Origin: an uncultured Acidobacteriota bacterium
GTDB lineage: Bacteria > Acidobacteriota > Thermoanaerobaculia > UBA5066
Assembly: GCA_963779415.1 (NCBI GenBank)
Contig: CAVZYA010000002.1
Location: 192,001 to 256,000 of the forward strand
Direction: 5' to 3'
Length of the DNA: 64,000 bases
Part shown: positions 9,367-19,599 of the stretch, one piece after another
How positions within the stretch are numbered: position 1 is the first letter of the stretch
How the letters are laid out: each line of letters begins with the position of its first letter
Notes under the pieces: generated by a model
What the model was told of the DNA's origin: nothing
Seen by the model: the letters and a program-made list of their open reading frames with translations, nothing else
Database searches by the model: none
Position numbers and translations under genes: made by a program

Positions 9367-12133
9367 GTGAGACACGCTCTCGCGTCGGCGACTCGGGCGA
9401 TTCCGGCTCTGATTCTCTCGATCGCCGCGTCGCAGCCGGGAGGTGCGCAGCCGGGCGCAGAGGTCCCGCAAGCAGCTCTGGCCGGAAGTGCCTCGAAGCT
9501 CGTCCCGATCGTCCTGGACCTTACGGCGCGGAGCGAGCACTTCACCACCGAGTTGACTCTGGCCAACCGGGGAACGACGGCCGCCGCCGTGCAGCTCACC
9601 TACACGCCCGCGACGTCTCTCGGTGCCTCCGGCGGCGGCACGGCCGGCCTCTCCCTCTCTCCCGGCCAGCAATTCGTCGTCTCCGACGCCCTCGCCTTCC
9701 TCCGCAGCCAGGGGCTGCCGATCCCCACCCCCTCCGCCAGCCAGGGCGGCACGCTCCTCGTCTCCTTCACCGGCCTCTCCTCCTCGATGCCGCCTTCGTC
9801 GGCGCCCGGACGACGACCCCCTCCGGAGCCGGAAGAGCCGGCCTCGCCTACCCGGGCATCGATCTCTCCGCGGCCCCCACGGGCCCCTCCTACCTCTACG
9901 GCCTTCGCAGCTCGCCTACGGATCGCTCGAACCTGGCGCTGGTGAACGCCGGAAGCTCGCCCGTCACCCTCCGCGTCACCCTCTTCTCCGGAACCGCCGG
10001 CGACAGCCGCTCTTACGTCCTCTCCCCCGACACGACCCTCGGCCCCTGGCAGTGGACCCAGATCGACCACGTCCTCGACCTTGCCGGCTACACCGACGGC
10101 TACGCGCGGTCGAGCTCGTCTCCGGGACCGGGCCCTACGTCGCCTACGCCGTCTTCAACGACGACACGACCAACGACGGCTCTTACGTCGCCGCGGAACC
10201 GGCCTCGATGCCTCCGGAGATGCGGCTCCTCCCGGTCCTTGTCGAGAGCGGCTCCTTCCAGAGCGAACTCGTCCTGACGAATCCGCTCTCCGTGCCGCAG
10301 ACGGCCTCGCTGACGTTCGTCGAGTCTTCCTCGCCGACGCTGGGGACGGGCGGCAGCCTCACGCTCAGCTTTCTGCCGGGCGAGCAGAAGATCATTCCCG
10401 GCGCTCTCGACTACCTTCGCCAACACGGGGTCTCGATCGGGCCCAAGGGATCGGCCACCTACGCCGGAACCCTTTCGGTCACGTTCCAGAGCGGGACGAG
10501 CGTCTCGACAGGGTTCGTCGGAGCGCGGACGGCGACTCCCGTCGGCGGAACGGGCCCAGGGGAGTATGGTCTCTTCTATCCGGGGACGGGCCCGAGCTTC
10601 GCCGCCCTGAATGAGGCCTGGGTCTACGGCCTCCAGCAGAACGCCGGGAACCGCTCGAACGTCGCCGTCGCGAATCTCGGGGATGCCGGAGATTCGATCA
10701 TCTACCGGATCGACGTCTACGACGGCGATACCGGACAGCTCGCCGGATCGATCTCCCCGCCGACGCTGGCCCCCGGCGGCTGGGCACAGGTCGGCGCGAT
10801 CCTCCGATCCTTCAACGTGTCGAACGGCTACGCGCACCTCGTCAAGCTCTCCGGCAACAGCCACTTCCTCGCCTACGGCGTCGTCAACGACGGCGGGGCC
10901 CCCGGCGAGGGGACCTCCGACGGAAGCTACGTCGCGGGACAGGTCGTTCCGGCTCCCGTCGCCCTCACCTGGATCCCCGGCTCCTCCGTCAAGGTGGAGC
11001 AGCTCCTCGGCGACTGCGACTGGCCCGACCTGGAGCAGCGAAGCGTCTGCACGCCGACGGCCAGCCAGACGATCACGAAGAACGATGTCGAGGGGACGGA
11101 CCTCGGCTACTCGTTCGAGACTCCGAACGGGCTCATGTTCCTCTTCGGCGACACGATCGGGACGAAAACGCTCTATCACGCGGGCGACACGACGGCCCTG
11201 AGCCAATCGACGGACCCCGCGGGAAAGGTCCTTCTCGATTTCCTGACGAACAGCGACGGGAGCACGTACCTGATCAAGCCCCCGGGAGTCGCGATGGGGG
11301 CGGACGACGTTCCGGACTCCGGAATTACCCTGAGCGGCCAGATCTACATCCTCTGCAGCACGGGCTCGGACACCAGCCTTCCGAACCCTCACGTCAACGA
11401 TCAGCTGATCCTGACGAAATTCGACCCTTCGACGAAGAACATCACGACAGGGCGGACGATCTCGACGATGCCGGAAGGGCACTTCGTCAACATCGCGCTC
11501 CACGCCTCGGGAACCGACGTCCTGATGTTCGGACTCGGGCTCTACCGGGCCACCGACCTCTACCTTGCGTCGGTTCCGGCGGCCTCCTTCGAGAGCGGAA
11601 TCGGGACGCGCTATTTCGCCGGCCTCATCGACGGCCAGCCGACCTGGACCGACCAGGAGTCGGGCGCGGTCCCGATCGTGGTCGACAACCCGCTCGGCCA
11701 CACGCCACCGGATCCCCCCACGATCGGAAACGTCTCCGTCGTCTACTCGCAGGACCTCGGCCTCTGGCTCATGACTTACGACGGAGGGCGCCAGACCGAG
11801 GCGACGAACGGCGTCTACTTCTCGTACGCGTCGAACCCGTGGGGGCCCTGGAGTCCGCCCCAGCTCATCTTCAATGCAAAACGAGACCACGCCCTCGGGG
11901 TCTTCATCCACGATCCGAGCCTCGTTCCGGACGACCTTCTGGACGGGCCCACCATCAACCCGACGAACAACCCCCCGGCGACCACCCGGGGAGGCGTCTA
12001 CGCGCCCTTTCAGATCGAGCGATTCACGACGGTCGTCGGCGACACGCTGACGATCACCTACACGATGTCGACCTGGAATCCCTACACCGTCGTCAGGATG
12101 CGGTCTGAATTCACGATCGCGCACGCGCCGTGA
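9367..12133 (+). CDS. Secreted protein A: doubled ~235-aa uncharacterised module + C-terminal DUF4185-like (GH183-like) beta-propeller; two frameshifts (~9785, ~10109)
   Basis: Reconstructed from ORFs 9340..9945, 9942..10277 and 9623..12133 by alignment with the intact paralog at 12130. C-terminal GTDLGYSF...FLFGDT, SNPWGPWS and GGVYAPF...YTMSTWNPY fit DUF4185. Confidence 0.8.
9495..10940 (+). repeat. Copy 1 of ~1.45-kb direct repeat encoding the doubled module
   Basis: Long identical runs against ~12270-13710 (e.g. ...GGCTACACCGACGGCTACGC...); the first unit is nearly identical and the second is patchier. Confidence 0.92.
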
Positions 12134-14877
12134 AAGTCGCTTCGGAAAGGCTTGCCTTGAGACGTTGGGCCTTGTCGCTTGCGGGCAGCCTGGTTCTCGG
12201 CCAGGGGGCCTTTGGGTCATCGGACCTGTCTGCACCGGCCTCGGTCTCCTCGGGGGCCAGCGCGACGAAGCTGGTGCCGATCGTCCTGGACCTGACGGCG
12301 GGAAACGAGCACTTCACGACCGAGCTGACTCTGGCCAACCGGGGAACGACGGCCGCCACGGTGCAGCTCACCTACACGCCCGCGACGTTTCTCGGTGCCT
12401 CCGGCGGCGGCACGGCCGGCCTCTCCCTCTCTCCCGGCCAGCAATTCGTCGTCTCCGACGCCCTCGCCTTCCTCCGCAGCAAGGGGCTGCCGATCCCAAC
12501 CCCCTCCGCCAGCCAGGGCGGCACGCTCCTCGTCTCCTTCACCGGCCTCTCTTCCTCCAACGCCGCCTTCGTCGGCGCCCGCACGACAACCCCCTCGGCA
12601 GCCGGAAGAGCGGGCCTCGCCTACCCCGGAATCGATCTCTCCGCCGCTCCCACGGGCCCCTCCTACCTCTACGGCCTTCGCAGCTCGCCTACGGATCGCT
12701 CGAATCTGGCGCTGGTGAACGCCGGAAGCTCGCCCGTCACCCTCCGCGTCACCCTCTTCTCCGGAACCGCCGGCGACAGCCGCTCTTACGTCCTCTCCCC
12801 CGACACGACCCTCGGCCCCTGGCAGTGGACCCAGATCGACCACGTCCTCGACCTTGCCGGCTACACCGACGGCTACGCTCGGATCGATCTCGTCTCCGGG
12901 ACGGGGCCCTACGTCGCCTACGCGGTCTTCAACGACGACACGACCAACGACGGCTCCTACGTCGCCGCCGAATCGGCCTCGATGCCTCTGGAGATGCGGC
13001 TTCTCCCGGTCCTCGTCGAGAGCAGCTCGTTCCAAAGCGAGCTGGTCCTGACGAATCCGCTCTCCGTTCCCCAGACGGCCACCCTTTCATATGTCGAGTC
13101 GTACTCCCCGTCGGGCGGAGCAGGAGGAACGATCACCCTCGACTTCCAGCCGGGGGAGCAGAAGATCATCGAAAGCGCCATCGATTTTCTCCGCCAGAAC
13201 GGGGTCGCCGTCGGGCCCAAAGGCGCGGCGACGTACGCCGGAGCGCTCTCCGTCACATTCCTGAACGCGGGCGCCCGGTCGACCGGCTTCGCCGGGGCGC
13301 GGACGGCGGCTCCCGTTGGCGGAACGGGCCCCGGCGAGTACGGCCTCTTCTATCCGGGGACAGGCCCGAGCTTCGCCGCCCTGAACGAGGCCTGGGTCTA
13401 TGGCCTCGAGCAGAACGCCGGAAACCGCTCGAACCTCGCCGTGGCCAACCTCGGCGACGCGGGTGACTCCGTCACCTTCCGGATCGACGTCTACGATGGC
13501 AACACCGGACTGCTGGCCGGCTCCCTCACGCCCCCCGCTCTGCCCCCCGGCGGCTGGTACCAGATCAACTCCGTCCTTCAGAAATTCTCCGTCGCGAGCG
13601 GCTACGCCCACGCCGTCAAGCTCTCCGGCAACAGCCGCTTCCTCGCCTACGGCGTCGTGAACGACGGCGGCGCCCCCGGCCAGGGCACCTCCGACGGAAG
13701 CTTCGTCGCCGCTCAGGCGGTCGCCCCGATCACGTCGTTCTCGGTGGGGCCCGACATCACCCTGACCTACCCGAACCTTCCCGTCCTCTCCGACGAGCAC
13801 ACGACGGTCTTTCCGCCCGCGCAAGGCTCGGACAAGTACCTCATCTTCGCGGCCAACATGAAAAACGCGGGGAACCTCGCAGGTCCGGTCGTCCTCGAGA
13901 CGACGGACCTTCGGACCTTCACGTTCGCCTCCGGGTACACGTCGCCGGTGATGACGGCCGCCTGGCCGTTCACGACGTGCAAACCGATGTACGACCCGGA
14001 GTTCGACCTGAACTACGCGTCGCCGGGGTCCGTCGTGCAGGACCCGACGCGCCCCGCGGGGAACCTGATCATGATCTACGAGGCCGAAAACCATTGCCCC
14101 GGGGCCGTCTGGCAGCACGACTTCTATGCCACGGTCGGGTTCGCCCGGTCGTCGGACTACGGGAAGACGTGGCCGACTCCCGTGGATGCCGAGCTGGGCG
14201 GGACCGACCGCTATCCCGTCCTGAAGCACCCGACGCCCGAACCGGCCACGCCGGAGAGCCCGCAGGTCGCGCTCGGCAACGCGATCCCGAGCGCCTTCGT
14301 CGACGGGACGAACCTCTACGTCACGTACGCGGCGCCGGGACCGACCTCCGACGGCATGGTCCGGGTCGCGCGGGCGCCGCTCGGCGAAGGCGGCACCGTT
14401 GCCTTCTCGAAGTGGAAGGACGGCGCCTTCGGCCAGCCCGGGATCGGCGGCCTCGACAGCGGCGTCCTCCCCGCGAGGGGATGCGCGGGTCACCAGGGGA
14501 TGGGCCAGATCAGCCATAACGATGCGCTCGGCCTCTACCTCTTCACGTTCGTCTGTTCGGGGACGAGCGTGGGCGCCTGGTACTACTCGACGGCGACGAG
14601 TCTCGACCATCAGAACTGGACGGCGCCGCAGCTGATCGAAGGCTCCCAGTATCCGGTCGTTTCGGGCTGTGCGAGCGACGGGACCGGGACCTCGTTCGAC
14701 GGATGGTACCCGTCGTTCGTCTCACCGGGCGTTCCGGCGGGCCACACGTCGGCGTCGGGATCGGTCCTCTACATGTACGGCTGTGACCGGGGAAGCCGGA
14801 CCTTCCAGGCGAGGACCTTCACGATCGCGGCGCCTTCTCGGCCGTCGGCCACGGTTGGGAAGCCTCCGGCGCAGTAA
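12130..14877 (+). CDS. Secreted protein B: doubled ~235-aa module + C-terminal Asp-box beta-propeller (putative glycoside hydrolase)
   Basis: Intact 915-aa ORF; GTGA overlap with gene A; Asp-box ARSSDYGKTW; GWYPSFV near the C-terminus. Confidence 0.85.
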   Translation: MKVASERLALRRWALSLAGSLVLGQGAFGSSDLSAPASVSSGASATKLVPIVLDLTAGNEHFTTELTLANRGTTAATVQLTYTPATFLGASGGGTAGLSLSPGQQFVVSDALAFLRSKGLPIPTPSASQGGTLLVSFTGLSSSNAAFVGARTTTPSAAGRAGLAYPGIDLSAAPTGPSYLYGLRSSPTDRSNLALVNAGSSPVTLRVTLFSGTAGDSRSYVLSPDTTLGPWQWTQIDHVLDLAGYTDGYARIDLVSGTGPYVAYAVFNDDTTNDGSYVAAESASMPLEMRLLPVLVESSSFQSELVLTNPLSVPQTATLSYVESYSPSGGAGGTITLDFQPGEQKIIESAIDFLRQNGVAVGPKGAATYAGALSVTFLNAGARSTGFAGARTAAPVGGTGPGEYGLFYPGTGPSFAALNEAWVYGLEQNAGNRSNLAVANLGDAGDSVTFRIDVYDGNTGLLAGSLTPPALPPGGWYQINSVLQKFSVASGYAHAVKLSGNSRFLAYGVVNDGGAPGQGTSDGSFVAAQAVAPITSFSVGPDITLTYPNLPVLSDEHTTVFPPAQGSDKYLIFAANMKNAGNLAGPVVLETTDLRTFTFASGYTSPVMTAAWPFTTCKPMYDPEFDLNYASPGSVVQDPTRPAGNLIMIYEAENHCPGAVWQHDFYATVGFARSSDYGKTWPTPVDAELGGTDRYPVLKHPTPEPATPESPQVALGNAIPSAFVDGTNLYVTYAAPGPTSDGMVRVARAPLGEGGTVAFSKWKDGAFGQPGIGGLDSGVLPARGCAGHQGMGQISHNDALGLYLFTFVCSGTSVGAWYYSTATSLDHQNWTAPQLIEGSQYPVVSGCASDGTGTSFDGWYPSFVSPGVPAGHTSASGSVLYMYGCDRGSRTFQARTFTIAAPSRPSATVGKPPAQ
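12270..13710 (+). repeat. Copy 2 of ~1.45-kb direct repeat
   Basis: Matches ~9495-10940; similarity stops just after GTSDGS(Y/F)VA. Confidence 0.92.
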
Positions 14878-14895
14878 GGGATAAGGAGCCGTGCG

Positions 14896-17800
14896 ATGGA
14901 ACCGAGCGTGACGAAATCAGGCTTGACCTGGTTGCTCCTCGCGATCGTGACGGCGGCAGCTCCCGGACTCGCCCAGTCGACGACGCCGATCCCGCCGGAG
15001 TTCTTCGGCGTGGCCATGGTCAACGCGAAGGACCCTCCCGCGGTGCCGATGGGGACGATTGCCCACGGGGACTTCGCCTGGCAGCGGGTCGAGCAGCAGA
15101 AAGGGGTCTTCGACTTCTCGATCCTCGACGCGTACGTCGCGGCGGCGCAGGCGGACGGACTCGTGGACGCGGTAACGAACACGGCGAGCGTGGCGATCAC
15201 GCTCGCCGCCGGGACGCCGGGGTGGGCGGTCGCGGACAAGAGCACGTGCGGGACGACCGGCGGCGTCGTCGTCTGCACGGCTCCGCCCGACGACATCCAG
15301 GACTGGAAGGATTTCGTCACGGCTCTTCTCGCCCACTACGACGGCACGGCGCAGCCGCACATCCGGATCTACGAGCTTTGGAACGAGTTCAACGTGTCGC
15401 TTTGGTGGACCGGCACGAACGCCCAGATGGTCGCGCTCGCACAGGCCGCGTACCCGATCGTTCACGCGGACCCGAACTCGATCCTTCTTACTCCGTCCGT
15501 CGCCGGCCCGGTCGGGACGGCGTCGCTGCACAGCGGCGTCACGCACATGACGTCCTACCTGCAGGCGGGCGGCGCCGCATACGCGGACGGAGGCGCCTTT
15601 CACGGGTACGTCGGGGCGCAGGGCGGCGTGAGCCCCTTCCCGATGCCCGAGGACGACGGGACTCCGGGGTGCACCCCGTTCGTGACCTGCTACGGTTCCA
15701 TCGTCACCAAGGCGACGCAGATGCGTACCGTCTTCGATGACTACGGTCTCCTCGGCAAGCCGATCTACCAGACCGAAGGGAGCTGGGGGAACAACACGGT
15801 CACCGACCCGGACACGCAGACGGCCTGGATCACGCGGTACACGCTTCTTCAGGCGGGGCTGCGTTCGTCGGTGAACCTCCAGCTGGCGGCGTGGTTCACC
15901 TGGGCGCCACCCGCCTTTGGCTGGGGGACCATCGAAGACTCGTCGGGCAACCCCACGCCCGCAGGCGCCGCGTACCGCGAGGTCTACCACTGGCTCGTCG
16001 GGGCGACGCTCGCCCAGCCCTGCTCGAGCGGCGTGGACGGCACGTGGACCTGCTCGCTTACGCGTCCGGGAGGTTACGTCGCGAAGGCCGTCTGGAACAC
16101 GAAAGGACCGGCGACGTATTCGCCGGGGACCGGCTATACGCAGCTGCGCGACGTCACGGGCGCCACGACGCCGATCCCGCCGGGGGGCTCGGTCGCGATC
16201 GGCGCCAAACCCGTCCTCGTCGAGGGGAGCACGCTCGCGCCCCCCGGCGCCCCGAACATCGTCCTGATCCTGACGGACGACCAGGACGTTCAGAGCGGGA
16301 TGCTCGCGTACATGCCCCACCTGCAGGAGCTGCTCGTGGCCCGGGGGACGTCGTTCCCGAACAACATGGTCCCGCTCTCGCTCTGCTGCCCCTCGCGCAC
16401 GACGATCCTGCGGGGCCAGTACCCGCACAACACGGGGGTCCTCGGAAACTCGCTGCCGAACGGCGGCTTCGAGAAGGCGTACAACGAAAATGTCGAGGCG
16501 TCCACGGTCGCGACGCTCCTCCACGGGGCCGGTTACCGGACCGCGCTCTTCGGCAAGTACCTGAACGGCTATCCGGACACGGCCGACGGGTTCTACATTC
16601 CACCGGGCTGGGACGAGTGGTACAGCCCGATCTCCGGCGACCCGTACAGCGAGTTCAACTACGGCCTCAACGAGAACGGCAAGAAGTTCTCGTACGGCAG
16701 CACCGCCGCGGACTATGGGACGGATGTCTACCTCGGCAAGGCCGTCGACTTCATCCAGCGCGCCGCGTCGACGCCGAGCCAGCCGATCTTCGTCTACTTC
16801 GCGACGTACGCGCCTCACTCGCCCTATACGCCGGCGCCCCGCCACGCCGGCCTCTTCCCCGGCGTCACGGCCCCGCATTTCCCGTCGTTCAACGAGGCGG
16901 ACGTGAGCGAGAAGCCGGCGTACATCAATACGAAACCGCTCCTGACGCCGGCGGACATCGCGGGCATCGACTCCGACTTTCAGGGACGCTTGCAGGCGCT
17001 CCAGGCCGTCGACGAGGCCATCGCGACGCTCGTCTCGACGCTCTCGGCCACCGGCCGCCTCGCGAACACGTTCCTCGTCTTCGCCTCGGACAACGGTTAC
17101 CACATGGGCGAGCACCGTCTCCTACCCGGGAAGTACACGCCGTACGAGACCGACATTCACGTCCCGCTCGTCATCCGAGGCCCCGGCGTCCCGGCGGGCG
17201 TGGCACGCAGCGAGTACACGGCGGACCTGGATCTCGCGGAGACGTTCGCCGATCTGGCCGGCGTCCCCCCGCTCTCCTTCTCGGACGGGCGCTCGCTCAA
17301 GCCGCTCCTGACGGGGCCGCCCCCGTCCGCATGGCGGCAGGCGTTCTTTCTCGAGGAGTTCGGGACCGGCGAGTTCGATCCCCCGGACGTCCTCGCCGGC
17401 ACACCCCGCGAACCGCTCGACAAGCAGGATCTCGCGACGACGGTCCCGATTCCGAGCTATTACGGGTTCCAGGCGACCGGCTACAAGTTCGTCGCTTACA
17501 AGTCAGGAGAAAAAGAGCTCTACGTCGCCTCGGACCCGTACGAGCTGGCGAACGTCGCGTCGAAGGTCAGCCCGGCGATCGAAACTGCCCTCGCGTCCTA
17601 CCTGAACTCGTTCGATGGCTGCGTGGGGGACGCCTGCCGAGCCGCCGAGGCCGTCGCCCCGCCCGCGCTCCTGACGGCGTCTTTCACCGTCACCCCTCCG
17701 GCGCCCCCGAGTGGGGCCGCCGTGACGCTCACGGCGACGGCGAGCGGCACCGCGCCCTACACATACGCATGGACGGTCGACGGCACGCCCCAGAGCGGCG

Positions 17801-19599
17801 CGAGCATCGTTCTCCATCCGTCCGACGGGAGTCACGGCGTGACGCTGGACGTTCACGACTCGATCGGGGCCGAGGCCATCGTCACTCAGACGGTGACCGT
17901 CGGGACGCCTCCCGTCGTCCAGATCCAGACGCCCTCCGCCGACCTGAGCGTCGAGGCGGGCATCTCCGTCGCGTTCGGCGCCAGTGGCTCTCCTTCCGTA
18001 CCGGGGGGGACCCTCGGCTACGCGTGGGACTTCGGCGACGGGATGCCCGGCGCCGCGGGAGCCTCCACGAGTCACCTGTACGGCGTCCCCGGGACGTACA
18101 CGGTCAGGCTGACCGGCACCGACTCGCGTGGCGCCATCGCGACGGCGACCCGGACGATCGTCGTCACGCTGCCGACCCTCACCGGAGCTTCGCTTCTTCT
18201 CCCCGTCGTCGTCGAGACGCCCGGAGCGGGCGGAAGCTACTACACGTCCCAGGTGACGATCGGCTCGCGCCTGCCGTCGCCGGTCGACGTCCTCCTCGCT
18301 TACTCCGCATCGGACGGCGGCGGCTCCGGGTACGCGCGCCTCACGCTCGCGGCCGGCCAGCAGATGATCCTCCCGGGAATCCTCGGATGGCTGCGCGGCG
18401 CCGGCCTTCCCATCCCCTCCGACAGGGTCACGACACGAGCCGGGACCCTGACGGCCACCTTCTCGGGCGCGGCGACCACGGCGGGCCTCTTCCTCGGTGC
18501 CCGGACCTTCACGAACGACCCGGCGGGCGGCGCCGGAACCTTCGGTCTCTTCTACCCCGCCGCCCCGGTCGTCACCGACTCGATCACCATCTTCGGGCTC
18601 CAGCAGGACCCGGCGCAGCGCTCGAACCTCGCTCTCGTGAACACGAGCGACGCGCCGATCACGCTCCGGACCCTCCTCTACGGTCCGACCGGCCTTCCGC
18701 TCTCCACCACGGACACCGGGCTTCCCCCGTTCGGGTGGACGCAGATCGGATCTCCGCTGAACGGGACCGGCGCGTCGTCCGGCGTGGCGATCGTCTCGCG
18801 GCTCTCCGGCACCGGGAGCTTCTCGGCCTACGGCGTCCTGAACGACGCCGTCACCTCGGACGGCTCGTTCCTCCCCCCGCTCACGGCCGACGCGTCGGCT
18901 CCCGACCGGATCCTCCCGGTCGTCGTCTCCGCCGCGGGCTACAGCTCCGAGCTGACGCTGACGAATCTGACCTCCTCGTCGCTCACGCTGACGATGACCT
19001 ACACGGCCTCGCCGCAGATCGGATCGGGGACCGGCTCCGGAACCGCGACGCTCACGCTCGGGCCGAACGAACAGAGGATCGGAGATGCCATGACGACCCT
19101 TCGTCAGGCCGGCATCCCGGTTCCGACCACCGGCGACATCGGGGGATCCCTCGACCTCCGCGCCGGGGCCGGAAGCGCCTCCTCCTTCGCGGCCGGGGCC
19201 CGAACCTTCACGAGAGCGGACACCGGCGGCACGTTCGGGCAGTTCTACACGGGCCTCACGATCGCCGACTCCGCCACGTCGATCGCCTACGTCGACGGGC
19301 TGCAGCAGAACGGCGTTCAGCGCTCGAACCTTGCCGTCGTCAACCGAGGCGACGCCGGCGACACGATCACGCTCCAGATCACCTACTACGGCCCCGACGG
19401 GTCCCAGGCCGGCCCCGTGAAGACCTACACGCTTTCGCCCGGCCAGTGGGCGCAGGACAACAAGCCGCTCCTCGCGCGCGGCATCTCCGCTGGCTCGGCG
19501 AAGATCCGGAAGATCTCGGGCAACTCGCACTTCGTCGCGTATGGCGTTCTCAACGACCAGACCAATTCCGACGGGAGCTACATCGCCATGAGCAATTAG
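14896..19599 (+). CDS. Secreted protein C: clan GH-A (GH39/GH5-like) hydrolase + Cys-type sulfatase + PKD domains + doubled ~235-aa module at C-terminus
   Basis: YELWNEFN and IYQTEGSWG (GH-A catalytic Glu pair); PNIVLILTDDQ, CCPSR, GKYLNGY, SDNGYHMG (sulfatase); YAWDFGDG...HLYGVPGTYTVRLT (PKD); two RSNLA.VN...AYGVLND..DGS units. Confidence 0.92.
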   Translation: MEPSVTKSGLTWLLLAIVTAAAPGLAQSTTPIPPEFFGVAMVNAKDPPAVPMGTIAHGDFAWQRVEQQKGVFDFSILDAYVAAAQADGLVDAVTNTASVAITLAAGTPGWAVADKSTCGTTGGVVVCTAPPDDIQDWKDFVTALLAHYDGTAQPHIRIYELWNEFNVSLWWTGTNAQMVALAQAAYPIVHADPNSILLTPSVAGPVGTASLHSGVTHMTSYLQAGGAAYADGGAFHGYVGAQGGVSPFPMPEDDGTPGCTPFVTCYGSIVTKATQMRTVFDDYGLLGKPIYQTEGSWGNNTVTDPDTQTAWITRYTLLQAGLRSSVNLQLAAWFTWAPPAFGWGTIEDSSGNPTPAGAAYREVYHWLVGATLAQPCSSGVDGTWTCSLTRPGGYVAKAVWNTKGPATYSPGTGYTQLRDVTGATTPIPPGGSVAIGAKPVLVEGSTLAPPGAPNIVLILTDDQDVQSGMLAYMPHLQELLVARGTSFPNNMVPLSLCCPSRTTILRGQYPHNTGVLGNSLPNGGFEKAYNENVEASTVATLLHGAGYRTALFGKYLNGYPDTADGFYIPPGWDEWYSPISGDPYSEFNYGLNENGKKFSYGSTAADYGTDVYLGKAVDFIQRAASTPSQPIFVYFATYAPHSPYTPAPRHAGLFPGVTAPHFPSFNEADVSEKPAYINTKPLLTPADIAGIDSDFQGRLQALQAVDEAIATLVSTLSATGRLANTFLVFASDNGYHMGEHRLLPGKYTPYETDIHVPLVIRGPGVPAGVARSEYTADLDLAETFADLAGVPPLSFSDGRSLKPLLTGPPPSAWRQAFFLEEFGTGEFDPPDVLAGTPREPLDKQDLATTVPIPSYYGFQATGYKFVAYKSGEKELYVASDPYELANVASKVSPAIETALASYLNSFDGCVGDACRAAEAVAPPALLTASFTVTPPAPPSGAAVTLTATASGTAPYTYAWTVDGTPQSGASIVLHPSDGSHGVTLDVHDSIGAEAIVTQTVTVGTPPVVQIQTPSADLSVEAGISVAFGASGSPSVPGGTLGYAWDFGDGMPGAAGASTSHLYGVPGTYTVRLTGTDSRGAIATATRTIVVTLPTLTGASLLLPVVVETPGAGGSYYTSQVTIGSRLPSPVDVLLAYSASDGGGSGYARLTLAAGQQMILPGILGWLRGAGLPIPSDRVTTRAGTLTATFSGAATTAGLFLGARTFTNDPAGGAGTFGLFYPAAPVVTDSITIFGLQQDPAQRSNLALVNTSDAPITLRTLLYGPTGLPLSTTDTGLPPFGWTQIGSPLNGTGASSGVAIVSRLSGTGSFSAYGVLNDAVTSDGSFLPPLTADASAPDRILPVVVSAAGYSSELTLTNLTSSSLTLTMTYTASPQIGSGTGSGTATLTLGPNEQRIGDAMTTLRQAGIPVPTTGDIGGSLDLRAGAGSASSFAAGARTFTRADTGGTFGQFYTGLTIADSATSIAYVDGLQQNGVQRSNLAVVNRGDAGDTITLQITYYGPDGSQAGPVKTYTLSPGQWAQDNKPLLARGISAGSAKIRKISGNSHFVAYGVLNDQTNSDGSYIAMSN

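Noticed and set aside
9495-13710. Repeat pair as a diversity-generating retroelement TR/VR
   Set aside because: Far too long, differences are not adenine-specific, and no reverse transcriptase is in the window.
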